Source: Alphaproteobacteria bacterium
Lineage (GTDB): Bacteria > Pseudomonadota > Alphaproteobacteria > SP197
Length of the DNA: 64,000 nucleotides
Reading direction: 5' to 3'
Assembly (NCBI GenBank): GCA_965228895.1
Contig: OZ245842.1
Location: 2,839,964-2,903,963, forward strand
The notes beneath the pieces were generated by a model that ran no database searches, was not told where the DNA came from, and saw nothing but the letters and a program-made list of their open reading frames with translations. Each line of letters starts with the position of its first letter. The first letter of the stretch is position 1. Positions 22,593 to 31,193 of this stretch are shown here, one piece after another. Both the position numbers and the translations under genes were made by a program.

Positions 22593-23771
22593 TCACCCCT
22601 TCCCCGTCGCTTGTTTCCACGCGGCGACCGCCTTGTCGGCGGCATCGGCCAGCGTGTCGGCGGTGATGATATCCAGGCCGCTGTCGTCGAGAATCTTGCG
22701 GCCCTGCTCCACGTTGGTGCCGGCCAGACGCACGACCAGCGGCACGTCGATCTTGGTCGTCGTCACCGCCTGCACAACACCCTCGGCGACCCAGTCGCAC
22801 CGGTTGATGCCGGCGAAGATATTCACAAGGATCGCCTCGACGCCGTCGTCAGACAGCACAAGGTTGAACGCCTTGGTGACGCGCTCGGGCGAGGCGCCGC
22901 CGCCGATATCCAGGAAGTTCGCGGGCTCGCCCCCGGCATGCTTGATCATGTCCATGGTCGCCATGGCAAGACCGGCGCCGTTGATGATGCAGCCGATATT
23001 GCCGTCCAAGCCGACATAGCTGAGACCGCGGTCGGCGGCATCGCGCTCGCGGATATCCTCCTGCGACTTGTCGCGCAGCTCCGAGACGTTGGGACGGCGG
23101 AACAGCGCGTTGTCGTCGAAGGTCATCTTGGCGTCGAGTGCCAAGAGGTGTCCGTCGACAGTCACGACCAACGGATTGATCTCGACCATCGTCGCGTCGA
23201 GATCGGTGAAGGCGCGGTAGCAACCCTGCAGGATCTGCGTCATCTGCGCCACCTGCGCGGTGTCGAGCCCAAGCCCAAAGGCCATCTCGCGCGCCTGGAA
23301 CGCCTCCATACCGATGGCCGGATCGACGCTTGCGCGGATAATCGAGTCGGGTTTCTCTTCCGCGATTTCTTCGATCTCCATGCCGCCGGCGGCCGAGGCC
23401 ACGACCATGATGCGTTCGGATTTGCGGTCGAGCACGAGACCCAGATAGATCTCGCGGTCGAACGGCGTCGCTTCCTCGACATAGAGCCGGTGGATCAATT
23501 TGCCGCGCGGTCCCGTCTGGATCGTCTCCAGGCGTTTGCCGAGCAACGCGTCGGCGGCGTCCCAGACTTCGTGCTGGTCGCCGCACATCAAGACGCCACC
23601 GGCTTTGCCGCGCGCGCCGCTGTGGATCTGTGCCTTGACGACCCAGCGTTCGCCGCCCAGTTCCTGCGAACGATAGGCAGCCTGTTCAGGGCTGTAGGCA
23701 AGCCCGCCTCGCGGCACGGGCACACCGAAGTCGGCCAAGAGTTCCTTGGCCTGATACTCGTGAATGTCCAT
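22593..23771 (-). CDS. mtkA: Malate--CoA ligase beta subunit; SucC paralog
   Basis: Begins '[20 protein letters not shown]' with an ATP-grasp fold. It lies 4 nt upstream of the alpha-subunit gene. The assignment to Mtk rather than Suc rests on the partner-gene signature and the sgaA linkage. Confidence 0.6.
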   Translation of the reverse strand: MDIHEYQAKELLADFGVPVPRGGLAYSPEQAAYRSQELGGERWVVKAQIHSGARGKAGGVLMCGDQHEVWDAADALLGKRLETIQTGPRGKLIHRLYVEEATPFDREIYLGLVLDRKSERIMVVASAAGGMEIEEIAEEKPDSIIRASVDPAIGMEAFQAREMAFGLGLDTAQVAQMTQILQGCYRAFTDLDATMVEINPLVVTVDGHLLALDAKMTFDDNALFRRPNVSELRDKSQEDIRERDAADRGLSYVGLDGNIGCIINGAGLAMATMDMIKHAGGEPANFLDIGGGASPERVTKAFNLVLSDDGVEAILVNIFAGINRCDWVAEGVVQAVTTTKIDVPLVVRLAGTNVEQGRKILDDSGLDIITADTLADAADKAVAAWKQATGKG

Positions 23772-23823
23772 CTGTCCCCTCCCCGGACCCGCCATAAAGG
23801 CGGGCGATGTTTAACCGGGCTTT

Positions 23824-25029
23824 TTACTCGGCAGCTTGCGCTAGCACCTCGCTGCCTTCCCGGTACCACGATTGGGCGGCGGCGACACCCGATCCCAATT
23901 CTACGGCAATGCCCGCATCGCGCATCGCCATTTCAGCACCGGCGATAGCACTGATCAGCATCAACTCGGTGACACTGCCCAAGTGGCCGATGCGAAATAC
24001 CTTACCTGAAAGCTGCGCCAGGCCGGTGCCCAGCGACAGACCGTAACGGTGGTAGGCGCCGGTGATGACCGCGGTCGCATCCCCGCCTTCGGGGACACGG
24101 ATGGCGCTGACCGTGTCAGACCGCCACTGCGGTCCGGCCGAAACCAGCTCCATATCCCAGGCCTGGACGGCACGACGCACGCCTTCGGCCATGCGGTAGT
24201 GGCGGGCGAAGACGTTGTCGAGCCCTTCTTCCAGCAACAGGTCGAGCGAGGCGCGCAGACCGCGCATCAGGCCGACGGCGGGCGTATAGGGGAAGAAGCC
24301 GCTGCGATTGAGCGTCAGCATGGCGTCGAAATCGAAATAGCACCGCGGCAGTTGCGCCGACTTTGCGGCTTCCAGACCACGCTGGCTGACGGCGATCAGC
24401 GCCAGGCCTGGCGGCAGCATGAAACCTTTCTGCGAACCGCTGACCGCGCAATCGACACCCCACTCGTCCATGCGGAAATCGATACTGGCGATCGAGCTGA
24501 CGCCGTCGACGAACAGCAGGGCCGGATGACCGGCGTCGTCGAGTACGCGGCGCACGCCGGGAATGTCGCTGGTGACACCGGTCGCCGTCTCGTTGTGACA
24601 GGCGAGCACCGCCTTGATCTCGTGGCCTTTGTCGGCGCCAAGGATGTCGGCGAACTGATCGAGCGGCACGCCTTCGCCCCACGGCACGTCAGCGGTGACG
24701 ACCTCAAGCCCCAGGCGCTCACACATCTCCGCCCATAGCATGGAGAACTGGCCGAAGCGGCTGGTCAGCACCTTGTCGCCCGGCGACAGCATGTTGGTCA
24801 GCGCGGCTTCCCAGCCGCCGGTGCCGGATGCCGGAAAGATCAGGGCTTCGCCGGTCTCGGTCTTGAAGACGCGTTTCAGGTCTGCAAACAGCGGCAGCGT
24901 GAAATCGGGGAAGTCGGGCGCCCGCTGGTCCTCCATGGGAACATCCAGCGCGCGGCGCACCGCTTCGGGAAGGTTGGTCGGGCCCGGAATAAAAATCGGG
25001 TTCTGGGTCGGCATGGCCAGCACTCCCAT
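23824..25029 (-). CDS. sgaA: Serine--glyoxylate (class V) aminotransferase
   Basis: Contains 'IFIPGPTNLPE', 'LLFVDGVSSIASI' and 'VFRIGHLG' together with 'GSQKGFMLPPGL'. This is an AGXT-family PLP enzyme. Confidence 0.7.
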   Translation of the reverse strand: MGVLAMPTQNPIFIPGPTNLPEAVRRALDVPMEDQRAPDFPDFTLPLFADLKRVFKTETGEALIFPASGTGGWEAALTNMLSPGDKVLTSRFGQFSMLWAEMCERLGLEVVTADVPWGEGVPLDQFADILGADKGHEIKAVLACHNETATGVTSDIPGVRRVLDDAGHPALLFVDGVSSIASIDFRMDEWGVDCAVSGSQKGFMLPPGLALIAVSQRGLEAAKSAQLPRCYFDFDAMLTLNRSGFFPYTPAVGLMRGLRASLDLLLEEGLDNVFARHYRMAEGVRRAVQAWDMELVSAGPQWRSDTVSAIRVPEGGDATAVITGAYHRYGLSLGTGLAQLSGKVFRIGHLGSVTELMLISAIAGAEMAMRDAGIAVELGSGVAAAQSWYREGSEVLAQAAE

Positions 25030-25080
25030 CGCGAGTCGTCAAGGGAATCGCCCTATAACGACTCGCGTGACTTCCTACTA

Positions 25081-25260
25081 GGCAAACCAATTTACAAGTA
25101 GGAAACAGGCAGATTCGGGCGCGTTTTGGATTGAAACAGACCAATTTCGTGGTGATCTGGGCCGAAAACCGCACTTCTCGGATCGCGCCAGACACCAACT
25201 AGACCAAACATGCGAATCGGATTCGTTTGCCGACCAATTTAGACCGAGCCCTAAGGTGGC
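25081..25260. promoter_or_regulatory. Upstream region of sgaA with three GACCAATTT-type direct repeats
   Basis: AAACCAATTTACAAG, AGACCAATTTCGTGG and CGACCAATTTAGACC are spaced roughly 70 to 80 bp apart. A fourth, weaker copy reads ACACCAACTAGACC. The region is noncoding. Confidence 0.4.
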
Positions 25261-25288
25261 CATTGGCTGGCAGGCCGGTTGGCGGGTT

Positions 25289-25428
25289 CTAGAGCAGATC
25301 CCGTTTTGATGGAATCGCTTCGCGATGCCGTCAAGACGGGTGAATCCGCTCTATTCATCGATAGAGAGCGGATTCACGCCGTTAGGGGGAACCGTCAAAC
25401 GGTTCCCCCTAACGACGATCCGCTCTAG
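25289..25428 (+). repeat. ~140-bp structured intergenic repeat element, copy A
   Basis: This copy is about 85% identical to the element at 38598..38737. It has terminal inverted repeats (CTAGAGCAGATC...GATCCGCTCTAG) and internal hairpins, including TTAGGGGGAACCG-tcaa-ACGGTTCCCCCTAA. Confidence 0.7.
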
Positions 25429-25646
25429 CCCTTGGAATCGCTGGAGAACATGCGTTCGATCCGAACGGCAACGGCATCCAAGACGGAGAGCACCAGGAAG
25501 AAGACAAGAATGATGGGCAGGTATTTGAAATCGCTGACAAAGGTGCCCTTGATCTCGTCCTCCATCAACGGCCAGGCCTCGTACCCGCCATAGGCGAGAC
25601 CCGCGGTAACAATCGCGGCGAGGACGACGCGCAGCATCCAGGTCAT
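25425..25646 (-). CDS. Small membrane protein (74 aa), last gene of the five-gene operon
   Basis: Reads 'MTWMLRVVLAAIVTAGLAYGG...YLPIILVFFLVLSVL' with two predicted helices. Its start lies 2 nt after the TGA of the upstream gene. Confidence 0.45.
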   Translation of the reverse strand: MTWMLRVVLAAIVTAGLAYGGYEAWPLMEDEIKGTFVSDFKYLPIILVFFLVLSVLDAVAVRIERMFSSDSKG

Positions 25647-25648
25647 CG

Positions 25649-26434
25649 TCAAAAGACCTCGGCCGACGACAGGTCGACCTTGAAGACGAGAATATCGTCG
25701 CGGCGCTCGACCTCGCCTTCCAAGCTCACGCGAAGCGCAACGAGGTCGTAGTAGGCGTCCGGCAACGGTCCGCCGTCGGCATTGGCGAGCCACATGAAGT
25801 TCATGCCCTCGATCTCGCCGGTCGTGACGAACACGGGCGGCACGCCTCCCAAGAGACAGAGATCCGCGCAGGCCAGATGCGCCAGACCGTTGCCTGGGCG
25901 CATCGCGCCGGCGTAGCACTTGCCGTCGCAGATCTCGCCTTCCAGGCGCCAGTAGCCGAGCGATTCAGCGGCGGCCGGCGTGAAGTTCTGCTGGTCGGCG
26001 GTGAGCGTCGCCGCCGTCGGCGTCAGCTTCATGTTGTTGACGCCGCCGCGCACCACCAGCATGTCGAGTTCGCCGCGCCTGAGGAAGAAACCTTCGATAT
26101 CGACGATCTGGCCATCGAGCGGTTCGGCCGCGTTCATGACGCCCCACTTGCCCTGTCCGGTCAGCGGAATGGCGCGGGCTTCCTGATCACCGTCCGGCAT
26201 GACACGCAGGATCGGATAGGGCTGCAGTTCCACAATGCCGGTCAATGTCTTCAAGTTCGCCGCGCCGCCGATGAAACGGCCGTTGCCCGGGTCTGCGGTA
26301 CCGGCGCCAAGCGCAAATGCGACCACGGCGGCGATAACCAGAAGCGAGCCGGCGACAGCCGCCAGAAAAGCCATCAGGCGCGGCGGCACCTTGCGGGAAT
26401 ATCCGATGAAAAAGTCGTCATGCGAACTGGCCAT
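25649..26434 (-). CDS. Membrane-anchored periplasmic protein (hypothetical)
   Basis: 261 aa with an N-terminal anchor 'LMAFLAAVAGSLLVIAAVVAFAL'. It is co-directional and tightly spaced with the di-heme-b/Rieske gene. Confidence 0.5.
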   Translation of the reverse strand: MASSHDDFFIGYSRKVPPRLMAFLAAVAGSLLVIAAVVAFALGAGTADPGNGRFIGGAANLKTLTGIVELQPYPILRVMPDGDQEARAIPLTGQGKWGVMNAAEPLDGQIVDIEGFFLRRGELDMLVVRGGVNNMKLTPTAATLTADQQNFTPAAAESLGYWRLEGEICDGKCYAGAMRPGNGLAHLACADLCLLGGVPPVFVTTGEIEGMNFMWLANADGGPLPDAYYDLVALRVSLEGEVERRDDILVFKVDLSSAEVF

Positions 26435-26436
26435 GG

Positions 26437-27495
26437 TTAGGCCTCTCCAATCGTCACCGGCTCGATAAAGGTGCCGGGCGCCAATGGGTTGGGATCAAGC
26501 AGGATGCGCGACCCGTCCAGTTTCAAACGATAGGTCGGGATCTTCTCGGTGAACGGTGCGGGCGCGCAGCCATCGGCCGGGTTGTATTGGAAACCGTGCC
26601 AGGGACACGTGACGCAGCCGCCGATGATGCGGCCCTCGCCCAGCGGCCCGTTCTGATGCGCGCAAACATTGCCGACCGCCGAGAGTTTGCCGTCATAGCG
26701 GAACACGGCGACACGCTCGCCGTCTGTCAACGGCACGACGATCGCCTGGTTGTTGGGGATGTCGTCGACCTGGCCGGCTACCAGCCATGAACCGTCGCCC
26801 GCGCTTGTCGCAGCCCGGCGGTCGCGCCGTCTCTCCGCCAACGCGGCAGCCAGATGAAGTCCGACGACAGCGGTCACGCCGACGGCGACGATCAGCGGCA
26901 GCACCGGCCCGGTCTCCGCCTGCAACGCGCCGAACGCGATGTGCAGCACGATCGCGAGATAGGCCGCATAGACCAGCATGTGGATCGCCTTCCACACCGG
27001 CGGCGTCAGGAAACTCAGCCAGAAGTCATGACTGGTCACCGCCATGATGACGAGGATCAACAGAGCGAAGATGCCGAACGCCTCGAACGGGAATCCGAGA
27101 AGCTGATCATAGTTGGTGTTGGTGCCCAGCACCGCGACGTACTTGTCGAAGAACGGGCTGAACGAAAAGTAAATGCCGATGACGAAGCTGGCATGGATCA
27201 GCGCGACGATGCAGGTGATGACGCCGAAGTGGCGTCGATTGTAGACGAGCGGCAGGAAACGCCGATCGAGGCGCGCCAATGGACCGAGACACAAGATCAG
27301 ACTGAGCATCAGGAAGGCGCACGACCCGAACGCGCGCGCCTTGTAGATATTCCCGCTGACCGGCCGCGTCGTCGATTGATAGGCCGGCGCGATTTCCAGG
27401 AACATCCAGATGTAAACGAAGACACCAACCAACAAGACGGCGTCATAGATGATCTTGTTGCTGTTCCAGAGAACCGGCTGATAGCGCGCGCTCAT
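26437..27495 (-). CDS. Ferric-reductase/YedZ-like di-heme-b transmembrane domain fused to a C-terminal Rieske [2Fe-2S] domain
   Basis: The start is trimmed to 'MSARYQPVL', with a GGAGG ribosome-binding site. Four transmembrane histidines (ALIHASF, VTSHDFW, KAIHMLV, IVLHIAF) are present. The Rieske ligands are 'CAHQNGPL...(15)...CPWHGF'. Confidence 0.65.
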   Translation of the reverse strand: MSARYQPVLWNSNKIIYDAVLLVGVFVYIWMFLEIAPAYQSTTRPVSGNIYKARAFGSCAFLMLSLILCLGPLARLDRRFLPLVYNRRHFGVITCIVALIHASFVIGIYFSFSPFFDKYVAVLGTNTNYDQLLGFPFEAFGIFALLILVIMAVTSHDFWLSFLTPPVWKAIHMLVYAAYLAIVLHIAFGALQAETGPVLPLIVAVGVTAVVGLHLAAALAERRRDRRAATSAGDGSWLVAGQVDDIPNNQAIVVPLTDGERVAVFRYDGKLSAVGNVCAHQNGPLGEGRIIGGCVTCPWHGFQYNPADGCAPAPFTEKIPTYRLKLDGSRILLDPNPLAPGTFIEPVTIGEA

Positions 27496-27653
27496 GGTGT
27501 GGATGCCTCCGCAGACGGCGCTTCGATTCGTTCGGCGCGGGTCTCCAGCGGCCCTTGCTGGCGGACCACCATGGCAACAAAAATGACAAGCGGCAGCAGA
27601 ACCGCAAGCGTCATCCAGATACGGGCATGGGTTCTTCGATGACCACGCTTCAT
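27492..27653 (-). CDS. Small ORF (~52 aa, single TM), translationally coupled
   Basis: Reads 'MKRGHRRTHARIWMTLAVLLPLVIFVAMVV...'. Its ATG overlaps the TGA of the upstream gene (ATGA), and its own TGA overlaps the ATG of the Rieske gene. It is not in the ORF track because it is shorter than 60 aa. Confidence 0.3.
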   Translation of the reverse strand: MKRGHRRTHARIWMTLAVLLPLVIFVAMVVRQQGPLETRAERIEAPSAEASTP

Positions 27654-27865
27654 GACGGCCTCGCGCGTTCAAGCGCCATCCAGCGCAACAAAACGAGCGG
27701 CCACAAGACGATGCAGCCGGGTATCAACAGCGCGCGAAACACATACGAGCCGCGCGCACCCGGTTCGACACGATCAACGCCAATAATCAGAAATAGGGCC
27801 GCAACCCCAAGACCGACCCAGAAATAGATCTGGACGATCTGGATGATAAGGCTCGCCGTTTCCAC
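27650..27865 (-). CDS. Small membrane protein (71 aa), first gene of the operon
   Basis: Reads 'METASLIIQIVQIYFWVGLGVAALFLIIGV...LIPGCIVLWPLVLL', two predicted helices. Confidence 0.4.
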   Translation of the reverse strand: METASLIIQIVQIYFWVGLGVAALFLIIGVDRVEPGARGSYVFRALLIPGCIVLWPLVLLRWMALERARPS

Positions 27866-27961
27866 GACTACCCCCTTCGCTGCGATCCCAGGCCCTTATA
27901 TCGCGAGAGCGCGCGAGAACCAACCGGCTGGGCGATCAACCTTTGTTACGCGTGGCGTTCG

Positions 27962-28807
27962 CTAGAGGCCGTAGCGGTTCCAGGTCAGGCGGTGTTCGGT
28001 CTCGTCGGCGAGCGCTTCGGCGAAACCTTCGCCCACTTTGCTCGATCCCAGCCCCAGACGGGCGAGCAGCGGTTTGGAAACGTGCACCGCCTTGAACTTC
28101 ACTTTGTCGCCGAACTTCTCACGCATGATGGTGCGCACATCGCCCATGCCGTCGACGAGACCAAGATCCAGGCTGCGTTGGCCGCTCCAGAATGCGCCGC
28201 TGAAGCGTTCCTCCTCGTCGCCCTTCAAGCGGCCGCCACGCCGGTTGCGCACGTGCTGCTTAAAGACCTCGTGCAATTCATCCTGCAGTTCTTTCAGGCG
28301 CACGACGTCGTCGGGGTCTTCCGGGCGAAACGGATCGAGCATGCTCTTGCGCGTGCCCGCCGTGTGCATTCGGCGCTCGACACCGAGCTTGGCCATGGCA
28401 TCGACAAAACCGAAACCGGCCGAGATGACGCCGATCGAGCCGATGATCGAACTGGGTTGCGCGTAGATCTCATCACCCGCGCAGGCGAGCCAATAGCCGC
28501 CGGACGCCGCGACGTCCTCGCAGAAGACATAGACCGGCAGTTTCTTTTCGTCCGCCAACGCGCGGATACGGTCGTGCACCAGCGCCGATTGCGTCGGCGA
28601 GCCGCCTGGCGAATTGATCACCACCGCGACAGCCTTGGCCCGCGACACGCCGAACGCCTGCTCGATCGCGCTGGCATGGCTTTCGATGGAAATGCCCTTG
28701 CCCATACGCCCGCGCGGCGCGATGACGCCGTCCAATCGCAGCACGGCGATCTGAGGACGCCGGCGCAGGAACTTGGGCAGCGGGATAAGGGAAAAGAGTT
28801 TTTTCAT
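27962..28807 (-). CDS. sppA: Signal peptide peptidase SppA (S49 family, 36K type)
   Basis: Contains 'VVINSPGGSPTQS' and 'VAASGGYWLACAGDEI' together with the Ser/Lys dyad region. 281 aa. Confidence 0.8.
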   Translation of the reverse strand: MKKLFSLIPLPKFLRRRPQIAVLRLDGVIAPRGRMGKGISIESHASAIEQAFGVSRAKAVAVVINSPGGSPTQSALVHDRIRALADEKKLPVYVFCEDVAASGGYWLACAGDEIYAQPSSIIGSIGVISAGFGFVDAMAKLGVERRMHTAGTRKSMLDPFRPEDPDDVVRLKELQDELHEVFKQHVRNRRGGRLKGDEEERFSGAFWSGQRSLDLGLVDGMGDVRTIMREKFGDKVKFKAVHVSKPLLARLGLGSSKVGEGFAEALADETEHRLTWNRYGL

Positions 28808-28879
28808 GCGAAAACCAGTCTGTGAATTTCGATCCTAAGACATGGGCTCGCCCGCTCCTGACTCAAGGTCATCAGCACC

Positions 28880-29622
28880 TCAAGACCACAACAAAGGTTT
28901 GCCGTCGCGCAGAATGGCCTCGGCCGCCTCAGAAAAACCACCACCTGGGCCATGCATCACGAGACCCGGCAGCAGGCGAAGCGGCGCCTTGACGCCCTTG
29001 CGCGCGCGCACCAGGACCCGGCGCGCCGGTTTGTCGCGGTCATCGTTCGACCACAGCGGATAGATCGCGATGTCCCCGGCCGGCCCCGACAGCACGTCCA
29101 GCAGATCATCCAGTCGATCGGCGCGATGCACGACGGTGAGCGACCCACGCGGCCGCAGCTTTTCGAGCGCGAAGCCGAGCCAGGTCGCGAGATCGACGCT
29201 TTCGACGGTCGCCCTATCACGCGCCGTATCGTCGCTGCGCCGTGTGCGCCCGACCGGCAGATAGGGCGGGTTGGTCATGACGTGATCGAACGGCCCGTCG
29301 AGCGCCGTCGATGTCGTCTCCGGCAGCGTATCCGTCACGATATCGACACGCACCTCGACCTCGTTCAGCGCGGCGTTGGTGGCGGCCAGCGCGGCCAGGG
29401 ACTTATCGTGCTCCAGACCGGTTACCCGGCAGCCGCCGACGCGCGCGGTCAAACAGAACGTCGCCGCACCTGTACCGCAGCCCATGTCGAGCACGTGATC
29501 GACCGGCCCGGCGCGAACGGCGGCGGCCAGCAGCACAGCATCGGTGGTCGCACGCAGGCCCGAAGCGGGCTGGCGCAGCACCACCCGGCCATCCAGGAGG
29601 CTATCGCGCGTCGGCTCAGCCA
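28880..29622 (-). CDS. SAM-dependent methyltransferase, tRNA (adenine-N6)-methyltransferase (YfiC/TrmN6)-like
   Basis: Has the SAM-binding region 'VLDMGCGTGAATFCL' and the N6-adenine motif 'NPPY'. I chose the GTG start near 'VAEPTRDSLLDG'; the ORF extends to 29764. Confidence 0.6.
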
Positions 29623-29843
29623 CCGGGCTTGTCGGGAACGTCGAGGCCGGCGTCGCGCAGGATCGCGCGCGCCTCGTCGAGATCCTCGTCAAGCACGACC
29701 ACACGCCGCTGAATGGCCAATACGCTGCCTTCCAGGCTGCTGGTATGGCCATCAAACACATCAAATGCGATAGCCGCCTCCTTCAAGAGCGCGCTGGCAA
29801 AGGAGATCTGAACGGGGTCGTTGGTGCGTAACAGTTCTTTCAA
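29616..29843 (-). CDS. DUF2007-like small protein
   Basis: From a TTG start the product reads 'LKELLRTNDPVQISFASALLKEAAIAFDVFDGHTS...VVVLDEDLDEARAILRDAGL'. Its stop overlaps the methyltransferase start. Confidence 0.4.
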   Translation of the reverse strand: MKELLRTNDPVQISFASALLKEAAIAFDVFDGHTSSLEGSVLAIQRRVVVLDEDLDEARAILRDAGLDVPDKPGG

Positions 29844-30001
29844 GGGTGTTGTTCTCTCAAACCAGTAAAACGGTTCTGCTTTTGCCGGACTTCGTGGGAG
29901 TGCTAAAGTGGTAGACGAGACAGCGGCCTCGCGATGCTGTCGATTGGGGGCCGTCGGGTCAAGCCGGCGGTCCAACGCGTGATTCAACGGGAGACCACGG
30001 T

Positions 30002-31024
30002 TTGAGCCTTGCCCTCAACGTCGCCGGGCAGAATGCCAGCGCCGCTCGCCAGTCCTATGAGCTGCTGCGTGATCTTGTCGCCGACGACTTGAACCAGGTC
30101 AATCAGGTGATTGTCGAGCACATGCAAAGCTCGGTCACCTTGATCCCGCAGCTTGCCGGTCACCTCGTCGCGTCGGGCGGCAAGCGGCTGCGCCCGATCC
30201 TGACGCTGACCACAGCGCGCATGTGCGGTTATGCCGGGCGCCGTCATGTCGACTTGGCGGCCTGTGTCGAATTCATCCATACGGCGACCTTGTTGCACGA
30301 CGATGTCGTTGATGACAGCGACTTGCGGCGCGGCAGCGCGACGGCCAACGCGGTCTGGGGCAACAAGCCAAGCGTGCTGGTCGGCGATTTTCTGTTCAGC
30401 CGCGCCTTCCAATTGATGGTCGCCGACGGCTCGCTGCAGGTTTTGAAGATCCTCTCCGATGCGTCCGCCGTGATCGCCGAGGGCGAGGTCGATCAGTTGA
30501 TGATCTCCAACGACATCGCGACCGATGAAGCCGCCTATATGCAGGTGATCGGCGCCAAGACCGCCGCCCTGTTTGCCGCGGCGAGCGAGATCGGCGCCGT
30601 CGTCGCCGACGAGACCGATGCCAACCAGGCGGCACTCAGGACCTACGGCATGTCACTCGGCATCGCCTTCCAGCTTGTCGACGACGTGCTCGACTATTCC
30701 GCGCGCGAGGCCGACCTCGGCAAATCGGTCGGCGACGATTTCCGCGACGGCAAGATCACGCTGCCGGTGGTCTACGCCATCGCGCGCGGCAACGACGCCG
30801 AACGCTCGTTCTGGAAACGCACCCTGGAAGACGAGGATCAGCAGGACGGCGACCTCGACCAGGCGATGATGCTGATGCAGCGCCACAACGCGCTGGCCGA
30901 CGCCATGGCGCGCGCCAGGGAACACGGCGCCCGCGCTAGCGAGGCGCTCGCCGGCTTCCCCCCGAACCCCTACCGCGACGCGCTGCTGGAGCTGGTCGCC
31001 TTCTGCGTCGACCGCGAGTTCTAG
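30002..31024 (+). CDS. ispB: Polyprenyl (octaprenyl/decaprenyl) diphosphate synthase
   Basis: Contains the first aspartate-rich motif 'LLHDDVVDDSDLRRG' and the second 'FQLVDDVLDY'. It uses a TTG start. Confidence 0.8.
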   Translation: MSLALNVAGQNASAARQSYELLRDLVADDLNQVNQVIVEHMQSSVTLIPQLAGHLVASGGKRLRPILTLTTARMCGYAGRRHVDLAACVEFIHTATLLHDDVVDDSDLRRGSATANAVWGNKPSVLVGDFLFSRAFQLMVADGSLQVLKILSDASAVIAEGEVDQLMISNDIATDEAAYMQVIGAKTAALFAAASEIGAVVADETDANQAALRTYGMSLGIAFQLVDDVLDYSAREADLGKSVGDDFRDGKITLPVVYAIARGNDAERSFWKRTLEDEDQQDGDLDQAMMLMQRHNALADAMARAREHGARASEALAGFPPNPYRDALLELVAFCVDREF

Positions 31025-31116
31025 ACCGCTTTAGCCCGACCAACACGCCGCCTAAACCGACCCCGTCACACCTGTTGCGGGCCAAGGACCTTGGCGCTAT
31101 AAGCCCGGCTCTGGTT

Positions 31117-31193
31117 CGGAGTGTAGCTCAGCCTGGTAGAGCACCGTCTTCGGGAGGCGGGGGCCGGAGGTTCGAATCCTCCCACTCCGACCA
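31117..31193 (+). tRNA. tRNA-Pro (anticodon CGG)
   Basis: 77 nt. The acceptor stem CGGAGTG pairs with CACTCCG. The D-arm is GCTC/GAGC. The anticodon stem CCGTC/GGCGG encloses the loop TTCGGGA. The T-arm GGAGG-TTCGAAT-CCTCC has the GTTCGAATC signature. A discriminator A and a genomically encoded CCA follow. Confidence 0.85.

Noticed and set aside
21695-23795. Annotation of the CoA-ligase pair as succinyl-CoA synthetase (sucCD).
   Set aside because: The alpha subunit carries the KRY.RRY..EKR insertion typical of malate thiokinase MtkB, and the pair is linked to sgaA rather than to sucAB/mdh. The Mtk assignment is favoured but not proven.
27107-27322. Small same-strand ORFs inside the Rieske/di-heme gene (27107..27322) and antisense ORFs across the operon (26854..27642+).
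   Set aside because: They are internal out-of-frame or antisense frames of a gene that is well supported by its TM-His and Rieske motifs.
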